A stretch of 64,000 bases of DNA from Chthoniobacterales bacterium (GCA_019747735.1 JAIEQL010000032.1:6159-70158); one strand, 5' to 3'; shown: positions 10,447 to 23,150, counted from the stretch's first letter. Notes: generated by a model from the letters alone, not told the origin. Made by a program: numbers and translations.

Positions 10447-11043
10447 GTGAAAAAACTTCTCACCCTCTTCCTCGCTACCCGCAATGCCCACAAGACACGG
10501 GAGATTCAAACAATGCTTGGCGACACCATCATTGTTTCGGATGTCAATACCATCCCAACCTTACCGGAAGTCGAAGAAACAGGAACCACATTTGAAGCCA
10601 ATGCCATCCTCAAAGCAGAAGCTATTTCGATGCATGTTCCTGGTTGGGTCTTGGCTGATGACTCCGGACTAGAAGTCGATGCACTTGCAGGAGAACCTGG
10701 AATCTACTCTGCACGCTATGCAGGAATTGGTGCTAGCGATAGAGCTAATCTCGATCTTGTTTTAAAAAAAACGGAGCATGTTCCCTCTCCCAAGCGTACA
10801 GCACGTTTTCGCTGCGTCCTTGCTCTTGCCCAAGAAGGAAAAACAGTGGCTACATTTGAAGGAAGTGTCGAGGGAAGCCTGACAGAAAGCCTTTCTGGCA
10901 TAGGTGGCTTTGGATACGATCCTATTTTTATTCCCGAAGGATACACACAAACTTTTGGAGAACTTCCTGCTACACTCAAAAATGAGATTAGTCATCGGAG
11001 TCGGGCGCTGAAAGCTTTTAGAGAGTTCGTTAGCAGTGAATAA
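10447..11043 (+). CDS. rdgB: non-canonical purine NTP pyrophosphatase (RdgB/HAM1)
   Basis: ATRNAHK, EETG.TF..NA..KA, ADDSGL, PGIYSAR, GFGYDPIF, SHR. Confidence 0.97.
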   Translation: MKKLLTLFLATRNAHKTREIQTMLGDTIIVSDVNTIPTLPEVEETGTTFEANAILKAEAISMHVPGWVLADDSGLEVDALAGEPGIYSARYAGIGASDRANLDLVLKKTEHVPSPKRTARFRCVLALAQEGKTVATFEGSVEGSLTESLSGIGGFGYDPIFIPEGYTQTFGELPATLKNEISHRSRALKAFREFVSSE

Positions 11044-11069
11044 CTTTTCCTGTTCAGAAGATCTCAAGG

Positions 11070-12935
11070 ATGGTAGCATCAGCAGCTACCATGACTGACG
11101 AACTAACTAACCTTATTGAGGCCGGAAAAATTAACGAAGCCACCGCGGAAAAACTTCTTCAACTCTCTCCAGGAGCTTACTGCAAGCATCGCAGCTGGGG
11201 TTTGGGCCGTATTGCAGAGTGGCAACTTTCTACAGAGCAAGTCCTCATTGATTTTCACAATAAAAAAGGACACCCGATGCAGCTGGAGTATGCCGCAGAG
11301 ACTTTGGTTTATATTCCAGAAGAACATATCCTAGCCAAGATTGCTGCCAATGCTGAAGCGATTCGCGAAGAGGCAAAAAAAGACCCTGTGGAGCTGATGC
11401 GTTCCCTCCTTCAAGATCATGGTGGTGCTGGAACAGTAGAAGAAATCGCCGCTATTTTAGTCCCTGCTGTTTTTGATGTTCCTTCTTTTAAAAAATGGTT
11501 TGAGGTCACCAAGAAAAAATTGAAAGCCGATGGTCATTTTCATATTCCTGCAAAAAAAACAGCTCCTATTGAGCTTCAAGAAACAAAAACGGAACCTCAT
11601 GAGCGGTTGCTAGAACAGTTTCGCCTGGCACGACATCCCAAAGAGCAAGTCGCTGCGCTCGATGCCCTCCTTAAAGTACTACAACACGACACTCTCACAC
11701 CTGAAGAGCTTCAAGAGTTAGCCCGCGAACTTGAAGAAGCCGCACAACGAGGAGAGCGCTCACACACGACGAAGGCATTAGAGCTTCTTTTACTCCGCAG
11801 TGAAATGGCCAAATTCCATCAACCACTTGGATTAGCATCCGATGCTATTGCAGCATTATTGAACAATGCTGCGGCCTCTAAAAAACTCCCAACTATTCTT
11901 AAGGAACTTCCTCCTGTAAAATACCGCCGTGTGTTAGAGCTTTTCCCAACGGTCTTTTCCGATCACTGGGAAGAACACGCTCGTCAACTTTTGCGCTACG
12001 CAGAACCACGATTGATTAATGAGATTTTCCATCTCTTCACCAGAGAAAAAAGCCGCGATCGTTTTGGCTCTATCTTGGCTCGCTTGATTCAAGAGCGTTC
12101 AGCAAGCTCTGACCTGCTATCGTGGATTTGCGAAGAGCGTGCAACAGCCTTTCCAGAGTTAGTCAATAGCGATCTTCTCTCAGCGATTCTTTCTTCTTTA
12201 GAGCGCGACTCGCATGGAGAAGGAAAAAAAGGAGCCCGCTTACAAGAGCTGATTTTTAAAGATCGTGAACTCATTGCGGATCTCTTAAAATCTGCTAATA
12301 GCGATACAGCGCGCGATATTATTCGCAAGATCATGATTAGCCCTGTCTTCAGCGACCTTGATCGCCGCTCGTTCTTAGCACGTATTTTGAAAGTGTATCC
12401 CGAGTTAGAATCCCTTGTTACAGGGCATCAAGAAAAAGAGGCCACGCCAGCACGCGATGAGAACTTAATTGTTTCCTGGGCTAGCCTTGAACGTCGTAAA
12501 AAAGAATACGAGCATCTTGTTTCTAAGTTAATTCCTCAAAATACTTCTGATATTGCCATAGCCCGCTCGTATGGTGATTTGCGCGAAAATCTTGAATTCA
12601 AAGCTGCCAAAGAACAACAGGCTATGTTGTTACGTCAAAAATCAGAATTAGAAATAATGCTTAACCATACTCGTGGCACTAATTTTGAAAACCCTGACAC
12701 TTCTGCAGTTTCTATTGGGACTATTGTCACCCTCAAAGACAAAGCAACTGGCGAACAAGAAATTTACTCAATCCTCGGTGCTTGGGATGGCGCTCCTGAA
12801 AAACGCTGGATCTCTTATCAAACGGTGATTGGGCAAACACTCCTTGGTCACAGAGTCGGAGAAACCATCCTACTTCCTCACGAAAAAGAAAATCGTGCCA
12901 TGGTGATTGAGAAAATTGAGCCATTTGTGGAATCA

Positions 12936-12953
<18 letters not shown>
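11070..12953 (+). CDS. greA: long-form GreA/GreB family transcription elongation factor
   Basis: C-terminal ARSYGDLRENLEFKAAK, ILGAWD and ISYQ after an N-terminal extension of about 460 aa. The start may be 11091. Confidence 0.85.
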
Positions 12954-14431
<1,478 letters not shown>

Positions 14432-14565
14432 AAGCAAAGGGTGAAGCGTGAGGGGTAAAGAGTCGCTTCGTGGTGATTTAAAATTCTCGATTGCTTGCCA
14501 TTTAGGGCGTGCCATTAAAAACACAGTGTTTATTTTTTAGGATTTAATGTCGCTACTAAGCTAAC

Positions 14566-14591
14566 CGTCATTCCCGCGAAGGCGAGAACCA
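14566..14591 (+). repeat. degenerate dRS3-like repeat
   Basis: cgtcattcccgcgaaggcgagaacca. Confidence 0.65.
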
Positions 14592-14788
14592 GGACGCAGT
14601 CAATTCTGATTTGAGTAATAGCGTTAAAAAAACCTAAATTGAACGTCATGTTAAATTTTATTACTAATGCCCTGGCCGCTATCCCATGGAATTGCACAAA
14701 TTTTTTAAATAAGAATTTTGTCCCAAAAAGCACCCTTGAGGATTTTTTCTCACATTAAGTAAAGAAAAAGAAGGCTTCCAGTGTTTGC

Positions 14789-15130
14789 ATGATGAACCGT
14801 ACCCTCCCTCGCCGCTCTTCCGCTCAGCGAAAAAAGCAGCATACACTTCTCCCGTTAGCTAATCGGTTCCTCATCCTACTCATTATCTGTGGCCTCTTCG
14901 CGCTAGTCCTTCTGACTTTTTATCCTGAATGGAAAAAACTCTCTCAGATGCGCCACACGTTGCAAAAAGATCGTGAAGAGCTTGCTCATTTAGAAAAAAG
15001 CATAACTCACAAAGAGCGAGAGCTTTTTCTTTTGCAACACGACAAAGAATATCTCGAGCTCATCGCCCGTGATCGCCTAGACCTGATGAAACCAAACGAA
15101 ACGATCTTTCGCTTTGGACCTTCTCGATGA
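14789..15130 (+). CDS. ftsB: septum formation initiator (FtsB/DivIC family)
   Basis: One TM segment, a coiled coil and YLELIARDRLDLMKPNE. It lies downstream of eno, a conserved synteny. Confidence 0.85.
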   Translation: MMNRTLPRRSSAQRKKQHTLLPLANRFLILLIICGLFALVLLTFYPEWKKLSQMRHTLQKDREELAHLEKSITHKERELFLLQHDKEYLELIARDRLDLMKPNETIFRFGPSR

Positions 15131-15145
15131 AAAATCCAAAAAACG

Positions 15146-15247
15146 GGGTTCGAATATGGACAAAAAATAGCTCTCAACTTTTTGAACCTCATTTTAATTA
15201 AAATTAGTCCATATCCGAACCCTGACTCCATTTTCTAACCCCATTTT
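15146..15247. repeat. inverted repeat element between convergent genes
   Basis: gggttcgaatatggac (15146-15161) against gtccatatccgaaccc (15207-15222), 15/16, followed by ctgactccatttt and ctaaccccatttt. Confidence 0.7.
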
Positions 15248-15277
15248 TGAAGGTTAAGAACTAACTTCAACTCATCG

Positions 15278-16405
15278 TTAGCGATGAATAGGAAACGGAA
15301 GTGGAATGGGAATATTAGGGAGATTAACAGGAATATTAGGAACGTTCTTTCCTGCATTGTTGATAACATTCTGGAGCACTCCCTCAACTTCTTTAGTTGC
15401 TTGTTGCATCATGATCTTATTCAAAAAATCGCTCTGTATGTGCATCGTAGATCCGCTGATACTAAAGGGGATTGCCTGGTATCCTGGTTCAGCAGCTACG
15501 AGCGTAATGGGCACTAGTGATTGAAGACGCTGTTGAAGTTGGGGATTGAGTAATAATCGCACATCCAAATTCCAAAATCCATCAAAGGAAAGCGCACCAA
15601 CGGCTTTCAGAATAAGGTTTTGAGAATGAAGTTTCAGAGAGTCGATCACTATTCGAGTTGGAGTAATCTTATAAGTTGCCTTTGCTTCTTGAAGCTTCAG
15701 CACTTGAAATTCTTCTAAAGGCAACAAGGCACTAAAAGTGCTCAGAAAACCTGCAGATTGAACTTGAGTCGACACCAGCTCTAAGGTTCCTGAACCTTTT
15801 TGCAGGTTAGGGTTGCCAGGCACTTCCGAAAGAGTAACGGTTCCTTGAACACTTCCTGAGACAATCTTGTTTTCAAGTGTGGTTCCCATTAAGCACTCTT
15901 TAAGAGGTATTCCAACAAATTGTAGGTTCAGTTGATAGGCGCCTTCTTCTATATTGGGAACAAGGAGAGACCCTGTAAGTTTTCCTTTCAATAATCTGGC
16001 TGAAAAAGGAGTCATATTAAAAGCAGTCCCTTTTCTGACAAGTGCACCATAGAAATCGGTAAACAAGGGACGTTTATTGAGAGCCACGTTGCTAATGCGA
16101 ATAGCCCCATTCCAGTCGGAACTATTGCGTAGAAAGCGCAACAACGTCGGCATGCCCACCGAAAAAGAAGCAGCCTCAATGGTTCTTTTGTTTTTAACAT
16201 CTTCAAGCACTACTTTTTCAAGAGCAAGTCCCCTCCATGGTAGAAAAACAACAGAACCTAGCTGACAGCTCATGCCGCTACTGGCTTGGATTCGAGCACT
16301 AAGCTGCTCTTTAATACCAGAACGTTGCAAATAGAGATTGATGCCGCACGTCGCAAGGACAAGTACGAAGAGAAGGAAAAGGAAAAGTTTGTAAAAAATG
16401 CGCAT
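15278..16405 (-). CDS. AsmA-like membrane-anchored protein
   Basis: N-terminal TM, beta-rich alternating pattern, G.GTL, GAL.FDG, IPFSISGS near the C-terminus. Confidence 0.7.
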   Translation of the reverse strand: MRIFYKLFLFLLFVLVLATCGINLYLQRSGIKEQLSARIQASSGMSCQLGSVVFLPWRGLALEKVVLEDVKNKRTIEAASFSVGMPTLLRFLRNSSDWNGAIRISNVALNKRPLFTDFYGALVRKGTAFNMTPFSARLLKGKLTGSLLVPNIEEGAYQLNLQFVGIPLKECLMGTTLENKIVSGSVQGTVTLSEVPGNPNLQKGSGTLELVSTQVQSAGFLSTFSALLPLEEFQVLKLQEAKATYKITPTRIVIDSLKLHSQNLILKAVGALSFDGFWNLDVRLLLNPQLQQRLQSLVPITLVAAEPGYQAIPFSISGSTMHIQSDFLNKIMMQQATKEVEGVLQNVINNAGKNVPNIPVNLPNIPIPLPFPIHR

Positions 16406-16454
16406 GGGATAATTTCTAGAGGTTGTGATTAAATGTTAAATTATTTTCTACAAG

Positions 16455-17027
16455 CTATTCGCCACGCTTAGCCGCTTTATTTTGAGACGCTTGGTATTTT
16501 GCTTTTGCTTCTTTTATCATCTGTTCAGCGATTTGATTAACTTGAGCTTGTTCTTGATCTTGACGCCATTGTTCTATTGGATTTAGCGGCCTTCCTTCTG
16601 GAGATTTAGGAGGTTTATCTGCTGGAACAAACTTGTACAGCTTGCTCACATTAGGAATGTCAGCATTGTCAAGAGTGTGACTACCAGGACGTGTAACAGC
16701 CTGGTCTGAATCAGTTGATTTCTTCTCTGATGCCTTTTGCGATGATGAGGATGCTGTTTCTTTTAAGGGAGAGTTTGTAGAAGCAAAAAAAGGAAGTGAG
16801 TTGTTTGCATTTCCAGAGAAATTTGGCGATTCAGGCCGTGAAAAAGGCACTTGAATTACAGAACGAGGAGAAGGAGGGCAGGTCATCATTCCCTCCTGAA
16901 AACCATTCTTAAGATTTGAAACATCTAGAGTCTGCTCTGGTTGTTTTTTTTGCCTTAATACTTTGACAAATGAATTATTAGCGAGAGCTTTCTCGGAGAT
17001 GCCAGAGCTTATGTTTAAATTGCTCAT
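16455..17027 (-). CDS. hypothetical Ser/Pro/Asn-rich protein
   Basis: 190-aa ORF filling the gap, low complexity, no recognisable motif. Confidence 0.65.
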   Translation of the reverse strand: MSNLNISSGISEKALANNSFVKVLRQKKQPEQTLDVSNLKNGFQEGMMTCPPSPRSVIQVPFSRPESPNFSGNANNSLPFFASTNSPLKETASSSSQKASEKKSTDSDQAVTRPGSHTLDNADIPNVSKLYKFVPADKPPKSPEGRPLNPIEQWRQDQEQAQVNQIAEQMIKEAKAKYQASQNKAAKRGE

Positions 17028-17178
17028 AGTAGGATGAGAGGTTGAATTTGGTTTTATTTTTTACGTACGGATCATTTTTTTATCAAAAGAAAAAGGGGTT
17101 TCCTACTCTTTAATTTAATAAGCGCTGAACTTTAAAAAGAAGACTGAAGGATTATTGCCAAATGAGTTCCAATTTTAG

Positions 17179-19626
17179 ATGATAGGCAGAATGTCAAAAA
17201 AGTCTCATCGTACCTGGAATGAAGTGCTCAGCCTCTTGCTCGTGGGAGGAGGCATCTTGTTGCTATTGGCACTCCTCTCCTTTGAACCACGCGATGTCCC
17301 CTCATGGCTTTTTTATGCCAAATATTCTTCTAGCTCCAAAATCCCCCTCAACTTTGTGGGCCGTTTTGGCGCTATCGTAGCAGGGCTCTCCTTTTTTCTT
17401 TTTGGTGGCGCCTCTTTTTTTATTGCAGCAGTGCTACTAGGACTTGGCATCACCACCTTCTTTGAAGAAAGAAAGCCGTTAGGAATTCGATTTGGCTGGG
17501 CTTTTATCTTTGTCTTGAGTTGGGCTTTCTTCCTCGATTTTCTCGACCATTTCAATATTTTTTCGACGGCTTGGAAACAGACACTTGCTCTCCCCAGCGC
17601 CGGAGGTTGGTTTGGTCATGCTTTGGGAATTACATTAGGAAAAAATTCGATGGGGACAGTCGGATCGCTCTCTCTTTTTCTCGTCGTCGCTTTCATCAGT
17701 TTGATTTTGGCAACAGGCCTCCATCCCATTGTCATCATGAAGTATTTTTTTCGTTCTTTAGGAAATGGGATCGTCATTTTCTTCCAGTCGATCACCAAGC
17801 AGCTCTTTAAAAAACCACCTCTATCAGAACCCTCCTCAAAAAAAACATCTTCTCGCCAGCCCAGGAAAAAAGAGATTCAAGAGACTCTCTCTACTTTTTC
17901 TTTAGAAGAAACAGAGAAATTACTCGCTAGTAATTTCCCTCCTCCCAAAATTATTGATGCAAGCATACCGGCAGTCGCTAACAAAAAGCCCTCTCTCGCA
18001 GAAGTCATGAAGACAAAATCGGTGCCAGCAGAAAATACTACCCTGGAAAAAACAATATCTGGCCTTACTTTAGACAATTACACTCTCCCGGACTTAGCAT
18101 TACTGGAGGCACATCAACACCATGATCATAAGCCTACTGATCCAGCAGTACTGCAAGCTGTGCAGAAAATTTTAATTGAAACACTCTCTCAATTTAGCAT
18201 TGAAGTAGCCGCTGGGGATATCACCAAAGGACCGACTATTACGCGTTACGAGCTCTATCCCGCTAAGGGAGTGAGAGTCGATCGTATTGTCAACCTCGAG
18301 CGGGACCTAGCGCGCGCCACCCGCGCCGAACGCATCAATATTTTGGCCCCCATCCCTGGCAAAGATACCGTGGGCATCGAAATCGCTAACAGCGACAAAG
18401 TCAAAGTTGCCATTGGTGAACTTTTTGAAAGTGAGGCCTGGCATTCTTCCAAAGCCAAGCTACCACTAGCTCTGGGCAAAGATGTTTATGGCAATGCCAT
18501 CATTGCAGACTTAGCTCAAATGCCGCATCTCCTGGTGGCAGGAGCCACAGGAAGCGGAAAGAGTGTTTGTATTAATTCGATTATTACCAGTCTCCTTTTC
18601 AAACATACGCCAGAGACACTCCGTTTTATCATGATCGATCCGAAAGTTGTGGAGATGCAAATCTACAACAAACTCCCTCACTTGGTTACCCCAGTGGTCA
18701 CGGACCCTAAAAAAGTGCTCCTCGCATTGCGTTGGGTCATTGAAGAAATGGAGCTTCGTTATAAAATTTTTGCAAAAACGGGAGTGCGCAATATTACGGG
18801 CTTTAACGCTCGTCCTCGGTCAACAGCGGAGAAAAAAGCAGCCACACCAACCGAAGAAGAACTTGCCGCTCTAGAAGCAGAAATTGAACCGGGAGAAGAG
18901 CCAACAGCACAGGCAGTTCCCCATCGCTCCTCTCAAGAAGAGGAACTCATTATTCCTGAGCAAATGCCCTTTATTGTAGTCATCGTCGATGAGCTGGCAG
19001 ACCTTATGCAGACTGCTCCGGCGGATGTAGAATCAGCCATTGCTCGCATTACTCAAATGGCTCGAGCAGCAGGCATTCATATGATTGTGGCTACTCAAAC
19101 TCCACGAGCAGATGTCGTCACGGGAATTATAAAAGCTAATATCCCTACACGGATCGCCTTCCAAGTGGCTTCCAAACTTGATAGCCGTGTCATCCTCGAC
19201 CAAAATGGAGCTGACCGTCTGCTCGGCCAAGGCGACATGCTCTACTTACCACCAGGAAGCGCTAAGCTCCTGCGCGCACAAGGAGTCCTTGTCACTGATG
19301 AGGAAATTGGACGCGTGGTCGATTTTCTTGGCCAGCAGAGCGAGCCTATTTTTGAACCTAGCATTGTCGCTAAACTTTCTAATACGACTATACCAGAAGA
19401 AGATGTCACCGATGCTGAGGAGGAACTGGTCACTAAGTGCCTTGAGATTATTCGCCAAGAAAAGAAAGCCTCGACCTCCATGCTCCAACGCCGTCTGCGT
19501 CTCGGTTACACCCGTGCCGCCCGCATTGTCGACATCCTCGAACAACGCGGTATTCTCGGCCCCAAAGATGGTGCACGCGATCGTGAAATCTTGGTAGATC
19601 TCGATGGGGTAATTACCAACGTCTAG
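17179..19626 (+). CDS. ftsK: DNA translocase FtsK
   Basis: 4-TM N-terminus, PHLLVAGATGSGKS, IDPK, VDELADLM, RAAGIH, LQRRLRLGYTRAAR gamma domain. Confidence 0.98.
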   Translation: MIGRMSKKSHRTWNEVLSLLLVGGGILLLLALLSFEPRDVPSWLFYAKYSSSSKIPLNFVGRFGAIVAGLSFFLFGGASFFIAAVLLGLGITTFFEERKPLGIRFGWAFIFVLSWAFFLDFLDHFNIFSTAWKQTLALPSAGGWFGHALGITLGKNSMGTVGSLSLFLVVAFISLILATGLHPIVIMKYFFRSLGNGIVIFFQSITKQLFKKPPLSEPSSKKTSSRQPRKKEIQETLSTFSLEETEKLLASNFPPPKIIDASIPAVANKKPSLAEVMKTKSVPAENTTLEKTISGLTLDNYTLPDLALLEAHQHHDHKPTDPAVLQAVQKILIETLSQFSIEVAAGDITKGPTITRYELYPAKGVRVDRIVNLERDLARATRAERINILAPIPGKDTVGIEIANSDKVKVAIGELFESEAWHSSKAKLPLALGKDVYGNAIIADLAQMPHLLVAGATGSGKSVCINSIITSLLFKHTPETLRFIMIDPKVVEMQIYNKLPHLVTPVVTDPKKVLLALRWVIEEMELRYKIFAKTGVRNITGFNARPRSTAEKKAATPTEEELAALEAEIEPGEEPTAQAVPHRSSQEEELIIPEQMPFIVVIVDELADLMQTAPADVESAIARITQMARAAGIHMIVATQTPRADVVTGIIKANIPTRIAFQVASKLDSRVILDQNGADRLLGQGDMLYLPPGSAKLLRAQGVLVTDEEIGRVVDFLGQQSEPIFEPSIVAKLSNTTIPEEDVTDAEEELVTKCLEIIRQEKKASTSMLQRRLRLGYTRAARIVDILEQRGILGPKDGARDREILVDLDGVITNV

Positions 19627-19635
19627 GAAGACATT

Positions 19636-19754
19636 GGTAGTAGAAGATGGAAGATAGGAGTTGAGAGGCCTTCGGCAAATTAAGAAATTACCTTTTTAAC
19701 ATTATTTCTTGCCTACAATGGCAGGCCTAGACTTCCATCTTCCATCTCCTAACT
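19636..19754. repeat. AGATGGA/AGATAGG-periodic inverted arm pair (family I)
   Basis: gtagaagatggaagataggagtt ... acttccatcttccatctcctaact. The same family occurs at 63264-63358. Confidence 0.75.
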
Positions 19755-19776
19755 GTCAACGGCACGTTGACAGTTA
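19750..19776. terminator. perfect 12-bp hairpin between convergent ftsK and kamA (possible terminator)
   Basis: taactgtcaacg-gca-cgttgacagtta includes the kamA stop. There is no clear U tract. Confidence 0.45.
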
Positions 19777-20886
19777 CCCATACCGAAATTCCCGCCCCTC
19801 ATAATTGCGGAGAATTATTTTTTCTGAGTCGTGGCTTAAGACATAGTTGGGATTGACGGGAACCTTGCCTCCCCCACCAGGAGCATCAATAACAAATTGA
19901 GGAACAGCATACCCCGTCGTGTGACCGCGAAGTCCTTCTATAATTTCTATCCCTTTCTCTACCGAAGCACGCAAATGAGCAGAACCCTTGATGAGATCGC
20001 ATTGATAAAGGTAGTAAGGTCGCACGCGACATCGCAGTAACTTGTGCACAAGAGCTTTCATAACAGGAAGGCTGTCATTGACCTTGGCTAACAAAACACT
20101 TTGGTTACCTAAGGGAATGCCATGATTGGCTAAACGCTCGAGGGCTTCTTTGACTTCGAGCGTCAGCTCCTTGGGATGGTTGACATGCACACTCATCCAA
20201 AGAGGATGATAACGTTGCAACATTAGACAAAGTTCTGGCGTGATCCGCTGAGGTAGAAAAATAGGGACTCGGGTGCCAATACGCAAAAATTCAATATGAG
20301 CAATGGCGCGCAAGGAAGAGAGAATCTTTTCCAATTTTTCATCGGAGAAAAGCAAAGGATCCCCTCCCGATAAAAGCACATCTCGCACCTCAGTATGTTT
20401 TTTAAGATAAGCTATTGCCTCTTCAAAATTGGTATGGAGCTCCTGCTCTCCTACGCCGCTTACCACACGAGAACGCGTGCAATAACGGCAATAAGAGGCG
20501 CACCGGTCTGTCACGAGAAAAAGGACTCGATCAGGATAGCGATGGACTAACCCTGGGACTGGCATGTGAGCATCTTCTCCACAAGGATCGCTCTGCTCTC
20601 CCGGAGTGATTTCGCTCTCTTCCTGACGAGGAATCACTTGACGCCGAATAGGCCCGTCAGGATCCTCCGCTTCTACCAAGTTAAAATAATGAGGAGTAAT
20701 GGCCATGGCCAATTTATGGGCCGTAAGGAGCACTCCCATTTTTTCTGAAGGAGAAAGCGTTAGGTGACGCTCAAGCCCTTGTAAATTGGTGATACGATTT
20801 TTTAATTGCCAGCGCCAATCCTGCCATTCTGACAAAGCAACATCAGGCCAGCGCCCTGGGGCGTGCGAAAGAAACTGTTCTAACAT
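19774..20886 (-). CDS. kamA: KamA family radical SAM protein (lysine 2,3-aminomutase-like)
   Basis: W.DWRWQ, HRYPDR, CASYCRYC, LSGGDP, NQSVLL, PYYLYQCD, DAPGGGGK. Confidence 0.9.
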   Translation of the reverse strand: MLEQFLSHAPGRWPDVALSEWQDWRWQLKNRITNLQGLERHLTLSPSEKMGVLLTAHKLAMAITPHYFNLVEAEDPDGPIRRQVIPRQEESEITPGEQSDPCGEDAHMPVPGLVHRYPDRVLFLVTDRCASYCRYCTRSRVVSGVGEQELHTNFEEAIAYLKKHTEVRDVLLSGGDPLLFSDEKLEKILSSLRAIAHIEFLRIGTRVPIFLPQRITPELCLMLQRYHPLWMSVHVNHPKELTLEVKEALERLANHGIPLGNQSVLLAKVNDSLPVMKALVHKLLRCRVRPYYLYQCDLIKGSAHLRASVEKGIEIIEGLRGHTTGYAVPQFVIDAPGGGGKVPVNPNYVLSHDSEKIILRNYEGREFRYG

Positions 20887-20928
20887 AGCTTCAACATGTT
20901 TAAGAAAATTGGTAATTGTGCAGGAAAA

Positions 20929-21077
20929 AGTTCGCAGTTGGCAGTTTTTGTATAAAGCCCAAAATACATCTTAGAAAAATAAACTTTTTTCTTATCGAAA
21001 CAAAGCACCAATAAAAAACAGCGTATATACTGTCAAAAAAAGATCGAAAATTACTACCAACTGCCAGCTGCTAGCTG
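20929..21077. repeat. CAGTTGG-periodic inverted arm pair (family J)
   Basis: agttcgcagttggcagt (an identical 17-mer is at 53395) ... ctaccaactgccagctgctagctg, which contains the ppk stop. Confidence 0.7.
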
Positions 21078-23150
21078 TGAACTTGCTTCCCCCAGCCGCC
21101 TCCTTTGCGCATCCTCAAGAAAAGCCTGTTGAGCATTAAAGGGCTCGCTGACACTGCTCAAACGATGATAGTTGCCATCTTGGTCCATGATGCGTGCTTT
21201 GACATTATCTTTCCAAAACCATTCTAAAATTTCTTCAATGTGAGCTTGGACTCCAGGATGCAAAAGAGGAAAGCTAATTTCAACACGGCGAAACAAATTA
21301 CGAGGCATCCAATCAGCACTACTCAAAAACAGCTCTGGATTGCCTCCGTTTTCAAAACGCAAAATGCGACTGTGCTCTAAAAACCGACCGACGATACTGC
21401 GCACTTCAATGTTGTCGCTGACACCAAGAATACCAGGTCGCAGGCAACAAGTACCACGAATAAGCAAGCGTATTCGCACTCCCATCTGAGAGGCACGATA
21501 GAGAGCCATGATCATACTCTCTTCCACAAGGGCATTCATTTTGATCATGACTCCCGCAGGACGCCCACAACGAGCATGCTCACTCTCTCGATTAAGAAGT
21601 TGAAACAATTTTTCCTTCATGTTGTAGGGAGCCAATGTGAGGGTTTGCAGCTCAGGAAAACGGGAGACCCCCGTAAGCATATTAAACATGGCAGCAACAT
21701 CATCGGTGATTCTTTGATCAGCCGTTAACAATCCCAAATCAGTATAAAGACGCGCTGTTGTAGGATGATAATTTCCTGTGCTCAAATGCACATACCGCCG
21801 AATCACCTCTCCCTCTTGCCTCACTACGAGCATGGCCTTAGCGTGTGTTTTTAAACCGGAGATTCCATAGATCACATTCACGCCGGCATCGCGCATCATG
21901 CGAGCCCATTTGATATTGGAAGCCTCATCAAAACGAGCTTTCAATTCGATAACGACAGTGACCTGTTTTCCATTTTGAGCTGCTGTGATGAGGGAAGCAA
22001 CTAAAGGAGAATCGTGGCTAGTTCGATAGAGTGTCTGCTTGATAGCCAATGTATGAGGGTCCTCAGCAGCATGCCCTAAAAAATCGAGAACAGTTTGAAA
22101 ACTATCATAGGGGTGATGCAAAAGAATATCTCCTTTGCGCAGGTGCCAAAAAATATCAGCTTCTTCCTTGAGAGAAAGAACCGTATGCGGTGTAAAGCGC
22201 TTCTCACGTAGATCTGGACGATCTATTTCAAAAGCAAGTGGCAAGAGCTGCTTCAAAGCTAAAATATCAGGGAGCACATAGAGGTCATTTTTTTGAAGAT
22301 GCAATAGCCTGAGTAGCTTCTCAGAAAGAAACTCAGGGCAACTGTGATGTACTTCCAGGCGAATAGGCGCATGCCGATGCACATGCCTCAACTCCTCTTC
22401 AATAGCATGGAGCAGGTCTGATTCCTCCTCATCAATGGTCAAATTACTATTGCGTGTGATTCGAAAAAGATGAGCTCCTAGAACAGGGACACCATAAAAA
22501 AGAGCTCCGACATGATGTTGAATGATACTTTCTAAAAAAACAAAATGACACTGCTCTGACTCACTCTCATTGGGAAAAGGAACCAGACGAGGCAAGGTTG
22601 GAGGAATAGGAACGACAGCGAGATCGGTGCTTATTTCTTCTCCTTGAAGCCCCTGAAGAGCAACCAGTACATTTAAACTAAGATTAGGAAGCTGAGGAAA
22701 GGGATGGACGGGATCAACTGCTAGCGGTGTCAGCATCGGAAAAATAAATTCCTCAAAATACTTTTTGAAATACTCTTGCTCTGCGGAAGCTAAGTCTGAG
22801 TAGTGGTGAAAGGTAATTTTTTCTTGCTCAAGAGCAGGAGCAATCATTTCCTTCCAACATTGATACTGCACAGCCAATTGTTTTCGAATCCGTGCTGAAA
22901 GAGCCTTGAATTCTTCTTCTGGAAAAAAACCATCAGCAAGAGGCTTGTTTCCTCCATGCTGACATTGCTGCTTGATCGCAGCGACATGAACTTCAAAAAA
23001 TTCATCGAGATTAGAACTGACAATACCAAGGAACTTCAATCGTTCTAACAGCGGATTTTCCAGATCAAAGGCCTGGTCTAGCACTCGCTGATTAAACTCC
23101 AACCAGCTCAATCCACGATTGAGATAGAGAGCGTCATCCTTGAATTTCAT
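21054..23150 (-). CDS. ppk1: polyphosphate kinase 1
   Basis: LSWLEFNQRVL, SNLDEFF, LHHPYDSF, IKQTLYR, ELKARFDE, KTHAK, RFLEHSR, SADWMPRN. Confidence 0.98.
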   Translation of the reverse strand: MKFKDDALYLNRGLSWLEFNQRVLDQAFDLENPLLERLKFLGIVSSNLDEFFEVHVAAIKQQCQHGGNKPLADGFFPEEEFKALSARIRKQLAVQYQCWKEMIAPALEQEKITFHHYSDLASAEQEYFKKYFEEFIFPMLTPLAVDPVHPFPQLPNLSLNVLVALQGLQGEEISTDLAVVPIPPTLPRLVPFPNESESEQCHFVFLESIIQHHVGALFYGVPVLGAHLFRITRNSNLTIDEEESDLLHAIEEELRHVHRHAPIRLEVHHSCPEFLSEKLLRLLHLQKNDLYVLPDILALKQLLPLAFEIDRPDLREKRFTPHTVLSLKEEADIFWHLRKGDILLHHPYDSFQTVLDFLGHAAEDPHTLAIKQTLYRTSHDSPLVASLITAAQNGKQVTVVIELKARFDEASNIKWARMMRDAGVNVIYGISGLKTHAKAMLVVRQEGEVIRRYVHLSTGNYHPTTARLYTDLGLLTADQRITDDVAAMFNMLTGVSRFPELQTLTLAPYNMKEKLFQLLNRESEHARCGRPAGVMIKMNALVEESMIMALYRASQMGVRIRLLIRGTCCLRPGILGVSDNIEVRSIVGRFLEHSRILRFENGGNPELFLSSADWMPRNLFRRVEISFPLLHPGVQAHIEEILEWFWKDNVKARIMDQDGNYHRLSSVSEPFNAQQAFLEDAQRRRLGEASSQLAAGSW

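Noticed and set aside
14630-14665. Possible dif site (atgttaaat) near ftsK
   Set aside because: Only a partial XerD-arm match with no XerC arm at 6-bp spacing; it is part of an AT-rich hairpin.
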